Positions 15,531-24,362 of a DNA stretch of 26,923 nucleotides are shown here, piece by piece. The DNA lies in contig JAUVTM010000001.1 of the NCBI GenBank assembly GCA_030601545.1, forward strand, positions 1 through 26,923. The letters are read 5' to 3'. This DNA comes from Syntrophobacterales bacterium (GTDB taxonomy: Bacteria; Desulfobacterota; Syntrophobacteria; BM002). Position numbers and translations under genes: made by a program. The notes under the pieces are model-generated. The model did not search any database. It had not been told where the DNA came from and worked only from the letters and a program-made list of their open reading frames with translations. Numbering within the stretch: position 1 is the stretch's first letter; each line of letters starts with the position of its first letter.

Positions 15531-17050
15531 TTCTTCTTCCTTTCCTCCAGTGCCTTTGCCGCCACCAACCGATCATCGAAGTCAATGCGTTTATTTCCGA
15601 GAATTTGATAGTTCTCATGGCCCTTGCCGCCGATGTAAACTACATCTCCTTCTTGGGCATGCTCGATTGCCACCCGAATAGCTTCACTACGGTCCACTAC
15701 GAGGGTGTAGCCACGCCTACAGTTGTCACCACATTGGGCGAGGGAGGAGAGCAGGGGGAGGCCCTGCGTGCGAACTCCCGCTTCGATGTCGGCCATGATA
15801 GTGTCAGGGACCTCGCTTCTGGGATTGTCTGAGGTAATCACCAAGAGGTCGGCCCTTTGCGCTGCAGCTTCTCCCATAAGTGGTCTCTTGGAACGATCAC
15901 GATCCCCCCCGCAGCCAAATACACAAATAATCTTTCGAAACTCAAGTTCTCGCAGAGAGTCCAGAGCTTTCTGCAAGGCGTCCGGAGTATGGGCGTAATC
16001 CACTAGAACCTGAAAGCCCAGATCGCTGGGAACGGGCTCCAGTCTTCCCGGCACTCGGACCAAAGATTGCTCGCCGTCACGAATTGCCTCCAATGGCATA
16101 CCGAGGCCCACAGCCACGGAGGTTGCTGCCAGCAGGTTATATAGGTTCAACCGCCCAATCATGGAAGAGTGAACCTCGAGTTGGCCTTTGGGCGTGTGGA
16201 GTAAGGCCTTGACCCCTGATGAATCGCACTGAACCTTGTCAGCTCGAATCTCAGCGTCGGCAGCCAGACCGTAGCGAAGCAGTGGGCCGTTAACCTGAGA
16301 GCACAGTTGCTGACCCCAAAGGTCATCACAGTTGATAACTGCAAGCGGCGGTGGCTCCACCTGAGTTTGAAGAATGTGTGAAAACAACCGGCTCTTGGCC
16401 GCAAAGTAGTTTTCCATGCTACCGTGATAATCCAGGTGATCTTGGGACAGGTTGGTAAAAAGACCAACAGCGAAACGGGTGCCGTCCACGCGGTGCATGT
16501 CAAGGCCGTGAGAAGAGACCTCCATGACCACGTGGGTAACTCCAGCGTCAACCATTTGGTTAAAGGTCTGCTGGAGGTCGAGGGACTCTGGAGTGGTAAC
16601 GGGTGCTGGCTGCACATGACCTGGATAGCGAATGTTTACTGTTCCTATAACTCCCACTCGATGGCCGCAGGCTTGTAGGATGGACTCGAGCAAGTAAGCG
16701 GTAGTGGTTTTGCCGTTGGTCCCGGTGATGCCAATAACCGTGAGCTTGTGGGAAGGAAAACCGTAAAATCGGTTTGAGATGTGGGCCAGGGCCGCCCTGG
16801 AATTGGCAACCCTGATGATGGTTATTCCAGATATGGGCTCTTGTGGTTTTTCCACAACTATGGTTTGAGCACCCCGGTCAATGGCCTGATGGACAAAATT
16901 ATGACCATCGCTTTGCGTTCCCTTTATGGCCACAAAAAGACTTTCTTCCGAGGCCTGGCCGCTGTGGTAGGTAAGAGCGCGCACCTGATGCTGCAGGTGC
17001 CCGTGCACCTGGAGAGTGGCAAAATCCTGAATCAGGTGTTCCAACAGCAA
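15506..17050 (-). CDS. murE: UDP-N-acetylmuramoyl-dipeptide--meso-diaminopimelate ligase
   Basis: GITGTNGKTT, TTPES, MEVSSHGL, FTNLSQDHLDYH, VDYAHTPDAL, GCGGDRD, and DNPR (DAP-type motif). TTG start with GGGGG RBS. Confidence 0.99.
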   Translation of the reverse strand: MLLEHLIQDFATLQVHGHLQHQVRALTYHSGQASEESLFVAIKGTQSDGHNFVHQAIDRGAQTIVVEKPQEPISGITIIRVANSRAALAHISNRFYGFPSHKLTVIGITGTNGKTTTAYLLESILQACGHRVGVIGTVNIRYPGHVQPAPVTTPESLDLQQTFNQMVDAGVTHVVMEVSSHGLDMHRVDGTRFAVGLFTNLSQDHLDYHGSMENYFAAKSRLFSHILQTQVEPPPLAVINCDDLWGQQLCSQVNGPLLRYGLAADAEIRADKVQCDSSGVKALLHTPKGQLEVHSSMIGRLNLYNLLAATSVAVGLGMPLEAIRDGEQSLVRVPGRLEPVPSDLGFQVLVDYAHTPDALQKALDSLRELEFRKIICVFGCGGDRDRSKRPLMGEAAAQRADLLVITSDNPRSEVPDTIMADIEAGVRTQGLPLLSSLAQCGDNCRRGYTLVVDRSEAIRVAIEHAQEGDVVYIGGKGHENYQILGNKRIDFDDRLVAAKALEERKKKEAAGSGQ

Positions 17051-17059
17051 TGTTTCCCC

Positions 17060-19057
17060 CTAGTCTGCTGCCAGGATGAGGCTGCAGGAGCTGATCGTGC
17101 TGAGATTTCTGCCCGGTTCAGGGTTTTGTCCCACCACCCTACCGCTGCCGTGAATATCCAACGAACCGGTGAAGTTCTGCAATCGATCAAGTGCAGCTCT
17201 CAGGCTGAGGCCGGTAAGATCAGGCATCACCGTTGGCTGGTTGCTTTGTCTCTGACTATAGGCAATCGGTTGCAGGGTCATAGGCGACTGCGATGGTGAC
17301 CCAATACTGTCCAGGGTGGCAACATTCTTGACTTTGCTCTTCGCTTTTTCAGGGGGCACCTGGAGGGCGTGGAGAGTCTGCTGGGCGATACGACGAAAGG
17401 CAGGAGCTGCCACTACCCCACCGTAATATCCCTTCTGGGGCTCGTTGATCACCACCACCACGAGGATTTTGGGATCTGTCACCGGAGCGAAGCCCACAAA
17501 GGAGGCAGTGTAGCGATCGTCCGAATAGCCGCCACTCTTGTGGTTACTCTTCTGAGCGGTTCCTGTTTTGCCAGCCGCCTGATACTGGGAGAGCGCAGCC
17601 CGAGCCCCGGTGCCTCCAGGTTTGAGCACATCCGCCATCAGGTCCTTCAACCGTTCGGCCGTGGCCGCACTTATCACCCGACGTGCTACCCTGGGATTGT
17701 TTCGCCTCACTACTCTGCCTTGTGCGTCCAGCACCTCCTTGATCAGGAGGGGTTGCATCAAAAGGCCATCATTAGCTACAGCCCCCAGGGCCATAGCAAG
17801 CTGGATGGCAGATAATGACAGGCTTTGACCAAAACTGGCGGCGGCAAGATCCACCGGGGTCCACTTGTCGGGCGGTCGGATCAAGCCGGAAGTCTCGCCC
17901 GGCAGGCCAAGTTCGGTAGGAGCGCCGAAGCCGAAACTGCGAATGTAATGATAAAAGCGGCTCGGACCCAGTTTTTCTGAAACTTTAGCAGCCCCGATGT
18001 TACTGGAAAAACGCAGGATCTGCGCCAGTGAAAGCCAGCCAAATTTTTTCAGATCGTGAATTGTGTGGTTCATGACTTTGTATTTGCCATTTTCGCAGTA
18101 AAAAAGGTCGTCTGGGTGAACCAAAGCCTCTTCCAGGGCTGCCGCCATCAAGAAGATCTTGAAAGTTGATCCCGGTTCGAAAGCATCTGTCACAACTCGA
18201 TTGCGCCAGACCGCTGGCCCATAAGAGGAGAAAGAATTGGGATTGAACGACGGGAACACGGCCATGGCTAGGATTTCACCAGATTTCGGCTCCGTCACCA
18301 CGGTCATACCGCCCTTGGCCTCATAATCAGTCACTGTCTTCTGTAATTCTCTTTCCGCAATGTATTGAATGCGTTTGTCCAGGGTTAGTCGGAGACTGTA
18401 TGCCTGCGGACCAGATTCAGCAGGCAGGCCGTGAGTGTAAATGATCTGACCCCGAGCGTCCTTGGCACCAGGAAGGGTACCGGAGTGGCCACGCAAGAGC
18501 AGGTCCTGGGCGACCTCCAGCCCTTCCAAACCTATGTGGTCTCGGCCGACGAACCCAAGGAGATGGCCTGCAAGCTCAACATTAGGGTAGTAGCGGCGAT
18601 TCTCTTTGACGAAGTGGATGCCCTCGAGGCCGAGAGCCCGAACCGCATCTGCTTGTCTGGGGGTGAGATAGTGTTTTAACCAGACAAAGGCTCGGTGCTG
18701 GCGCAATTTTTCCCCCAGCCTGGCCGCAGGGATTTCAACGACTGCAGCAAGTTTTTTCGCAGTGTCTTCCGGATCCTTTATGACTCGCGGATTGGCGGCC
18801 AGGGATTCTAATTCAATGCTGACGGCCAACTCTTGACCGTTGCGGTCGTAAATGTCTCCTCGTCGGGCCTCAAAGTGAAGATCTCTGCGGATTTGTTTGT
18901 TGGCAACGCTTGCCCAACCCTCCCACTGGAAGAACTGAATCTGAAAGCTCCGCGCAATCAACAACAAGAAGCAGAAGAGCAAACCAGTGGCCACGAGAAG
19001 AACGCGGAACCGTATCCAGCGAACCGCAAGGTTATCTTGGCGAGGTTGAACCGTCAT
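17060..19057 (-). CDS. ftsI: Class B penicillin-binding protein FtsI (PBP3) with C-terminal PASTA-like segment
   Basis: N-terminal TM, RGDIYDRNG, EPGSTFK (SxxK), SSN, KTGTAQ, C-terminal MPDLTGLSLR. Confidence 0.97.
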   Translation of the reverse strand: MTVQPRQDNLAVRWIRFRVLLVATGLLFCFLLLIARSFQIQFFQWEGWASVANKQIRRDLHFEARRGDIYDRNGQELAVSIELESLAANPRVIKDPEDTAKKLAAVVEIPAARLGEKLRQHRAFVWLKHYLTPRQADAVRALGLEGIHFVKENRRYYPNVELAGHLLGFVGRDHIGLEGLEVAQDLLLRGHSGTLPGAKDARGQIIYTHGLPAESGPQAYSLRLTLDKRIQYIAERELQKTVTDYEAKGGMTVVTEPKSGEILAMAVFPSFNPNSFSSYGPAVWRNRVVTDAFEPGSTFKIFLMAAALEEALVHPDDLFYCENGKYKVMNHTIHDLKKFGWLSLAQILRFSSNIGAAKVSEKLGPSRFYHYIRSFGFGAPTELGLPGETSGLIRPPDKWTPVDLAAASFGQSLSLSAIQLAMALGAVANDGLLMQPLLIKEVLDAQGRVVRRNNPRVARRVISAATAERLKDLMADVLKPGGTGARAALSQYQAAGKTGTAQKSNHKSGGYSDDRYTASFVGFAPVTDPKILVVVVINEPQKGYYGGVVAAPAFRRIAQQTLHALQVPPEKAKSKVKNVATLDSIGSPSQSPMTLQPIAYSQRQSNQPTVMPDLTGLSLRAALDRLQNFTGSLDIHGSGRVVGQNPEPGRNLSTISSCSLILAAD

Positions 19058-19374
19058 CGGAGCACCACAATTTGCTCTTTGGTCGGGCGGTTGAGCCCTA
19101 GCTGTTCGATAGCAATGCGCTCCACCCGTTCAGGAGCTTTAAGCCGGGCCAACTCCAGGTGTAGCTTCTTGCTATCATTCAGAAGCTGAGTGTGCACCCG
19201 GTGAGCGTCTGACAGCATATAGCCCAGCTGTACCACCTGTACCCGGCACCAGACATAGCCAAAGCCGCTGAACAGAAGCCAGAGAAAAGCGGCAATAATG
19301 GCGGGTATATTCCGCTGCCTCCAGTTACGCGTTGCTGCCTTTTTGCCTGCTAGTTTTTTTTTCTTCTTACTCAT
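19054..19374 (-). CDS. ftsL: Cell division protein FtsL
   Basis: 106 aa: basic N terminus, TM, coiled coil, L..PERVE.IA...LGL..P motif. 4-bp overlaps with rsmH and ftsI. Confidence 0.92.
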   Translation of the reverse strand: MSKKKKKLAGKKAATRNWRQRNIPAIIAAFLWLLFSGFGYVWCRVQVVQLGYMLSDAHRVHTQLLNDSKKLHLELARLKAPERVERIAIEQLGLNRPTKEQIVVLR

Positions 19375-20330
19375 GCAGCTTCTGCTTTTTCCACCACGCG
19401 TAAGCGGCCACTTCTGGCTCTGGGATTCGCTTTTATCTCCTCCGCCCCAGGTACTACAGGCTTTTTATTGACCAGCAGCACCAGGGGTCTTCCCTCACAT
19501 TGGCAAAGCGGCAACTGAGCCGGACAACGGCATGATCGCGCCCAATTGGCAAAAGCTTGCTTCACCACCCGGTCCTCCAGGGAATGGAAGGAGATAATGG
19601 CCAACCGACCGTGGGGTCGGAGCAAGTCCAGAGCGCCCTGGAGGAATATCCGCAGGTTATCCAGTTCCCGGTTCACCGCCATCCGAAAGGCCTGAAAAGT
19701 GCGAGTGGCCGGATGTCGCTTCCGTGACCTCTTACCCGCAGGAATGGCCTTACGGACCACCTCGGCCAAGCGTTCGGTGGTATCGATTGGTGCTTCAGCT
19801 CGCATCCTGACAATGTTCCGGGCGATTCTCCGCTTCCAACGCTCTTCTCCGAAGCTCCAGATGAGATCAGCCAGTTCCTGTTCGCTCAAAGTGTTGACCA
19901 ACTGGGCCGCGGTAGTCTCCTCTCTTGTATCCATCCTCATATCCAACGGGCCAGGCTGGCTGAAACTGAACCCCCGTTCGGCAACATCCACTTGGAAAGA
20001 GGAGAGCCCAAGATCCAGAAGAATCCCGTCCACTGCCTGCACATGAAGCCGAGCCAGGACTGGGCCAATTCGAGCGAAGTTCTCCCTAACCAGGACGAGC
20101 CGTTCCTCGTAAGGTTGCAGGTGAGACTGCGCCTTAGCCAAAGCTTCTGCGTCCCAATCGATGCCGATTAACCGGCCGTCAGGCGCCGTTTTTTCCAGGA
20201 TGGCCCGAGCGTGACCACCACCACCCACCGTACCATCAACAAAACATTTTCCGGCAGTGCAACGCAGGTGCTCAATCACTTCATCAAGGAGAACCGGCCT
20301 GTGTTCCTGCTGCTGCACCGCGCTCACCAC
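19371..20330 (-). CDS. rsmH: 16S rRNA m4C1402 methyltransferase RsmH (MraW)
   Basis: HRPVLLDE, DGTVGGGGHA, DLGLSSFQ, PLDMRMD, HPATRTFQA, ISFHSLEDR, NPRARS. Confidence 0.99.
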   Translation of the reverse strand: MVSAVQQQEHRPVLLDEVIEHLRCTAGKCFVDGTVGGGGHARAILEKTAPDGRLIGIDWDAEALAKAQSHLQPYEERLVLVRENFARIGPVLARLHVQAVDGILLDLGLSSFQVDVAERGFSFSQPGPLDMRMDTREETTAAQLVNTLSEQELADLIWSFGEERWKRRIARNIVRMRAEAPIDTTERLAEVVRKAIPAGKRSRKRHPATRTFQAFRMAVNRELDNLRIFLQGALDLLRPHGRLAIISFHSLEDRVVKQAFANWARSCRCPAQLPLCQCEGRPLVLLVNKKPVVPGAEEIKANPRARSGRLRVVEKAEAA

Positions 20331-20450
20331 CGGGTAAATGGAAGCCTAATTCTAACCCCTCATCAGATAGCGCGATGCGGGGGTGATTGACAGATTGATT
20401 CCCAAACCCCAGTAGGGTTTTTTATCGGCTCAGACCGATTGGACAGAGTT

Positions 20451-20600
20451 AGAGAAACGGAGACGCGGCGACGCGGCAAAATAAAACGGTCTGCTGCGCT
20501 GTTCATATTCTTGATCCGTGAAGCCCCTGTTGTCTTCACCCACCATAATTCTTTGTGTTAGTGTTAAAGTCACGCCGCGCCGCCGCGTCTCCGTTTCTCT
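20451..20600. repeat. 150-bp element bounded by 27-bp inverted repeats built from octamers
   Basis: agagaaacggagacgcggcgacgcggc (20451-20477) and gccgcgccgccgcgtctccgtttctct (20574-20600) are 26/27 complementary. Confidence 0.8.
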
Positions 20601-20636
20601 TATATGTGAAGGGGTTGAACCCTATATTGCGATTTA

Positions 20637-21077
20637 TCAAATGCCGAGTTCTGCTAGAGTTGTGGTAATCTGGGCAAAATCATCACGGGCTCTGTTAATT
20701 TCCTCATCCCACAGTGGCTTGCTCCAGACTTCGAAACTCTTGAGCATACCTGCCAGCACCACATCACGCTCTAACGAGGCGTGCTCACGCAGGGTCTGAG
20801 GGATCAGAATTCTTCCCTGCTTGTCGAAATTACATTCAGTGGCGCCAGAAATGAAAAAGCGCTGAAACGCCTTCACATCCTGACGAACCAGGGAGAGTTC
20901 TCCTAGTTTTTGTTCAATAATTTCCCACTCTGATAAGGGATAAGCAATCAGGCAGCGGTCAAGGTTGGTGATTATACAGCGGTCTTCATAGCGGGTTGTG
21001 AGGATCTCGCGAAACCTTGCAGGAATGCGTATACGCCCCTTGGCATCCAGGGTATGTAAGGAACGACCCCTGAACAT
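20637..21077 (-). CDS. mraZ: Division/cell wall cluster transcriptional repressor MraZ
   Basis: MFRGRSLHTLDAKGRIRIP...DKQGRILIP..LREHA (two AbrB-like DxKGR repeats). ATG at 21077 with GGAG RBS. Confidence 0.98.
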   Translation of the reverse strand: MFRGRSLHTLDAKGRIRIPARFREILTTRYEDRCIITNLDRCLIAYPLSEWEIIEQKLGELSLVRQDVKAFQRFFISGATECNFDKQGRILIPQTLREHASLERDVVLAGMLKSFEVWSKPLWDEEINRARDDFAQITTTLAELGI

Positions 21078-21100
21078 GTAGACTCCATAGCAGGACTGAA

Positions 21101-21140
21101 TTGACACTTATGACCACTTTTACCCACTTATTGACACCTT
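21101..21140 (-). promoter_or_regulatory. Four 10-bp-periodic direct repeats, probable MraZ operator
   Basis: Minus strand AAGGTGTCAA TAAGTGGGTA AAAGTGGTCA TAAGTGTCAA, between the -10 box and the mraZ RBS. Confidence 0.7.
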
Positions 21141-21168
21141 TTATACAGTTCACCCCACAAAATGTCAA
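21140..21168 (-). promoter_or_regulatory. Near-consensus sigma70 promoter of the dcw operon
   Basis: TTGACA (21168-21163), 17 nt, TATAAA (21145-21140). Confidence 0.75.
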
Positions 21169-21180
21169 CTTAAAAAACAA

Positions 21181-21193
21181 AATCAAAGGATTA
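21181..21193 (+). promoter_or_regulatory. Possible IHF site upstream of the dcw promoter
   Basis: AATCAA-AGGA-TTA matches WATCAA-N4-TTR in an AT-rich tract; the match is short and could be chance. Confidence 0.35.
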
Positions 21194-21303
21194 ACCGACT
21201 CCCAAATCTGAGTCCTGAGTTAAACAGATATCAATATATAGAATAATTAGCTATTAGACAACTGCATTATGTGGTTTGAAGGGAATCGTGCAATGATAAT
21301 TTC

Positions 21304-22335
21304 TTAACGCCTTTTTTGGTGGCGCAAAACCGCTGCGTTGTGTTCCACCAAATTGGTTGAGAAATGATGGGTCCCGTCTTTTTTGGCCACAAAGTACAGA
21401 TAGGGTGTGGAGGTTGGGTTGAGCACTGCTTGGATAGATGCCGCTCCAGGATTGCAGATGGGGCCGAGGGGCAAGCCTCGCCGGGTGTAGGTGTTATAGG
21501 GAGTGTTTTTCTGAAGGTGGGCTCTGGTGAGGTTGCCATCGAAGTTTCTTAGTCCGTAAATTACAGTTGGGTCACTCTGAAGCCGGATCCGTCTTCTGAG
21601 GCGATTTAAGAACACACCGGCAATCAGTGGACGTTCCTCGGCTGCCGCGGTTTCCTTTTCCACCACCGAAGCAAGGATGACCACTTGGTGGCGAGTAAAA
21701 CCAAGTTTGCGAGCTTGCTCCTCCTGGACTGGGCCAAAGTGTTGGTTGAACATGGTCACGAAGGAGCGCAACACGGTCTTGACCGGTAGTCCCCTTGCAA
21801 ACCGGTAAGTGTCAGGGAAAAGGTAGCCTTCCAGACTCGTGGCCGGTATATCCAGGCTACGGACGAAAGGTGGGTCGGTTGCGGCGGCGATGAAGCGCTC
21901 AGCGTTGACCAACTTACTGGCCTCGAGCAGCTCTGCCATCTGCTTAAGGGTGTAACCTTCGGGAAAGGTGATCTGGTGAAGTCGAACCTCACCGCGGATA
22001 ATCTTGTTGAGAAGCTCTCCCGGGCGAAGGCCGGTTGAGAGTTGATACTCGCCAGCCTTGATCTGACGGGCTGCCCCCTTGAACCTAACCAGCCAGCGAA
22101 ATTTTCCGGCGCTGCGCACCAGACCCTGCCCGTGCAGCAACTCACTCAAGGCTGGGACGGACATGCCCATCGGGACCTCCACCACCACTTCCGCCGGTTC
22201 AGATCTGGCCGGAGTTCTGATAAAATGGAGCATATCCCCAACCAGCCACGCCACCGCGAGGACGAGAACCAGGAGCAGAAACCACAAAGGGTTCAGCCTT
22301 CTCTTTTTTCTCTCGGGAGGTGTTTGCTCGGACAT
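21304..22335 (-). CDS. mltG: Endolytic transglycosylase MltG
   Basis: N-terminal TM, IKAGEY, ITFPEG, LEGYLFPDTY, LASVVEKE, LQSDPTVIY, YNTY...GLPLGPICNPG, YLYFV. Confidence 0.96.
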   Translation of the reverse strand: MSEQTPPERKKRRLNPLWFLLLVLVLAVAWLVGDMLHFIRTPARSEPAEVVVEVPMGMSVPALSELLHGQGLVRSAGKFRWLVRFKGAARQIKAGEYQLSTGLRPGELLNKIIRGEVRLHQITFPEGYTLKQMAELLEASKLVNAERFIAAATDPPFVRSLDIPATSLEGYLFPDTYRFARGLPVKTVLRSFVTMFNQHFGPVQEEQARKLGFTRHQVVILASVVEKETAAAEERPLIAGVFLNRLRRRIRLQSDPTVIYGLRNFDGNLTRAHLQKNTPYNTYTRRGLPLGPICNPGAASIQAVLNPTSTPYLYFVAKKDGTHHFSTNLVEHNAAVLRHQKRR

Positions 22336-22388
22336 TTTCGGTTCTTGCAGTTAGTATTAGCAAAATTCGATAGCGACTAGTAACTTAG

Positions 22389-22608
22389 CTCCGCAAGAAT
22401 CTCTTCTCCTCTTGGAAACTATGCCACAATTCGCCGAACCCGTCATTCCGGACGAGGCCGCCCAAGGCGGGCGAGATCCGGAATCCAGTGAAAGTTCAAT
22501 ATAATCAAATTCTTTCTGGATCCCGGCTCGCGTCCGCCTTCGGCGGACTTGGCCGGGATGACGAATTGTGACACGGCCCCTCAGAGGGAAAAGAAGTCAT
22601 TTGCGGAG
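22389..22608. repeat. Nested palindromic element: inverted CGTC-type REP pair inside two further imperfect inverted-repeat shells
   Basis: Outer CTCCGCAA (22389-22396)/TTGCGGAG (22601-22608); middle ..CACAATT/AATTGTG.. arms; inner CGTCATTCCGG...GGAATCCAG (22441-22488) and CTGGATCCCGG...CCGGGATGACG (22516-22563). Confidence 0.75.
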
Positions 22609-22667
22609 TTGAGTACATAGGCGTATTCGATATTAGGATTTGAGGTTCTGTTTCAGCAAACCCTCTT

Positions 22668-22702
22668 CACGCTGCTAGCTGCCTGCTGTCAGCTGCCATC
22701 TG
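22668..22702. repeat. Heptamer tandem repeat just downstream of the cobB stop
   Basis: cacgctg ctagctg cctgctg tcagctg ccatctg. Confidence 0.65.
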
Positions 22703-22704
22703 AC

Positions 22705-23442
22705 TTACCATCCTTCTACCAACTGCGGCAGGATCTCGCCCGCTTTCCCCTGAAGTGAAAGGTCGAGTTTGTGGGAGTAGGGTGTGGGTTCTAGATTGAT
22801 CTCCACCACCCGCGCACCCTTTTCCTTGGCAACAATGGCCAGAGAGGCAGCCGGTTGCACCAGAGCTGAGGTGCCTATTACCAGCATGGTATCACAGGAG
22901 CGAATTGCGGCGACGGCTTTATCCAGAATAGTAGGGTCAAGCTGTTCGCCAAACCACACCACGTGGGGGCGCAGAAGCCCTCCGCACTCTTTGCACGCGG
23001 GTAGCTCGGGCAGGGGAACTTCCTCATTGCGACTTACCACGTGGCACTGAGTGCAACGAACCATCCAGATGTTGCCATGCAACTCGACAAGGTTTTTGCT
23101 ACCCGCCCGGTGGTGCAGGTCATCAATGTTTTGGGTAATAAGGGAGAACTGAGGAACCTTCTCCTCCAGACGTGTCAGGGCTTGGTGGGCAGGGTTTGGC
23201 TGAAGGGGAGCAAGCAGCTCCCGGCGCCAATTATAGAAGTTCCACACCAACTTCGGGTCACGGGCAAAGGCTTCGGGAGTAGCCAGGTCAGTGGCCCTGA
23301 AACCCTGCCAGAGCCCGTCCTTGCCTCTAAAAGTGGGCACTCCGCTCTCGGCGGAGATGCCGGCACCGGTAAGTGCGGCGACTCGCTTACTTTCAGCCAG
23401 CCAGAGCCCGGCTTGTTGAAGATCCGCTGCAATGGCAGCCAT
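22705..23442 (-). CDS. cobB: NAD-dependent protein deacylase (sirtuin, CobB/class III type)
   Basis: GAGISAESGVPTFRG, TQNID, ELHGN, two CxxC zinc motifs, RPHVVWFGE, GTS. FYNWR carries the Tyr-xx-Arg pair typical of desuccinylases. ATG at 23442 overlaps the upstream TGA (TGATG), with a GGAGG RBS. Confidence 0.95.
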   Translation of the reverse strand: MAAIAADLQQAGLWLAESKRVAALTGAGISAESGVPTFRGKDGLWQGFRATDLATPEAFARDPKLVWNFYNWRRELLAPLQPNPAHQALTRLEEKVPQFSLITQNIDDLHHRAGSKNLVELHGNIWMVRCTQCHVVSRNEEVPLPELPACKECGGLLRPHVVWFGEQLDPTILDKAVAAIRSCDTMLVIGTSALVQPAASLAIVAKEKGARVVEINLEPTPYSHKLDLSLQGKAGEILPQLVEGW

Positions 23443-24242
23443 CAAATACCTCCTTCAGTTACGCGTTTGCTTAGAAGTTGGTAGATGTTCAGACCTGCCG
23501 CTTCAAAGCCCTTGAGACCGTAGACCATATTGGCCTCTATCACCAGATACTTGTCTTCGCAGATGCAAATATCAAGCCCCACTTCGTCAAACTTACAGAG
23601 GCCGGCCACGCGTTCAGCAAAGCGGAGGGTATCATCAGGGATATCCTCCAATGATATCCTCCCCCCGAGTGAGACATTGCTGCGAAATTCCCCAGGCCGG
23701 GCAATACGCCAGTAAGCGTGCACCACTTTTGCCCCCACTAGGACGACGCGCAGGTCGCGGTCAATGGGAAGGTATTCCTGAATATAAGCCGGTGCGTATT
23801 TTTGCAGGTAATCCTGAAGATCTTCACGGCTGCGAATGAGGAAAACTCCTCTGCCCTTTGAAGAACCCCGGGGGATCTTGGCGATAAAAGGAAAGGAGAA
23901 ATCCGCAAGGATCTGTGGCGCACGGGGGTTGTCCCTGTAGATCCGGGTGCGAGGGTGAGGGATACCAAGCAGAGTAAAGAGCTCGGTTTGTTTGATCTTG
24001 TCTCCCATGTAACGGTAGTAATTAGCTGGAAAAACCCTCTTGCCCAGCGCGAGAAAAATGTCTTCATAGAGGGTACTTGGGTAATAAATGGTGTCGGCGT
24101 TTCGCAGCAGGTCCAGTTCAATCTCGCTGTAGTCCCCGAAGTTAGGACGCAACCCAAGGGTGTGTACCAGAGGACTGTGTCGCAATCTCTTTCCCAAACC
24201 GATTTTTCGTTTATGCATCGTTGCCTTGTTATTTGTAGCCAT
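23442..24242 (-). CDS. RimK-like ATP-grasp ligase, substrate unknown
   Basis: DKIKQ..LF, FPFIAKIPRGSSKGRGVFLI, YIQEYL, DLRVV, FRSNVSLGG, VGLDI, VIEAN ATP-grasp motifs. Confidence 0.85.
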   Translation of the reverse strand: MATNNKATMHKRKIGLGKRLRHSPLVHTLGLRPNFGDYSEIELDLLRNADTIYYPSTLYEDIFLALGKRVFPANYYRYMGDKIKQTELFTLLGIPHPRTRIYRDNPRAPQILADFSFPFIAKIPRGSSKGRGVFLIRSREDLQDYLQKYAPAYIQEYLPIDRDLRVVLVGAKVVHAYWRIARPGEFRSNVSLGGRISLEDIPDDTLRFAERVAGLCKFDEVGLDICICEDKYLVIEANMVYGLKGFEAAGLNIYQLLSKRVTEGGI

Positions 24243-24362
24243 ATGGCCGCTCTTATTTTTGGCGAACTGTCCGGTGAGAGTGTAAGCTATTCACTAAAAG
24301 CAAGTTCATTTGCTCTATGCCCCATGCCAACGTCAGTAACTCTGCGAACTACACGTACTTCC

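Noticed and set aside
20430-20546. 38-aa ORF (MVGEDNRGFTDQEY...) between mraZ and rsmH
   Set aside because: No Shine-Dalgarno, its second half is read through the inverted-repeat arm, and it has no recognisable protein features.
23442-24242. ATP-grasp gene as the missing D-Ala-D-Ala ligase
   Set aside because: It lacks Ddl hallmarks (HGxxGEDG, EVNTxPG) and is shorter; its motifs (DLRVV, FRSNVSLGG, GLDI, EAN) are RimK-like.
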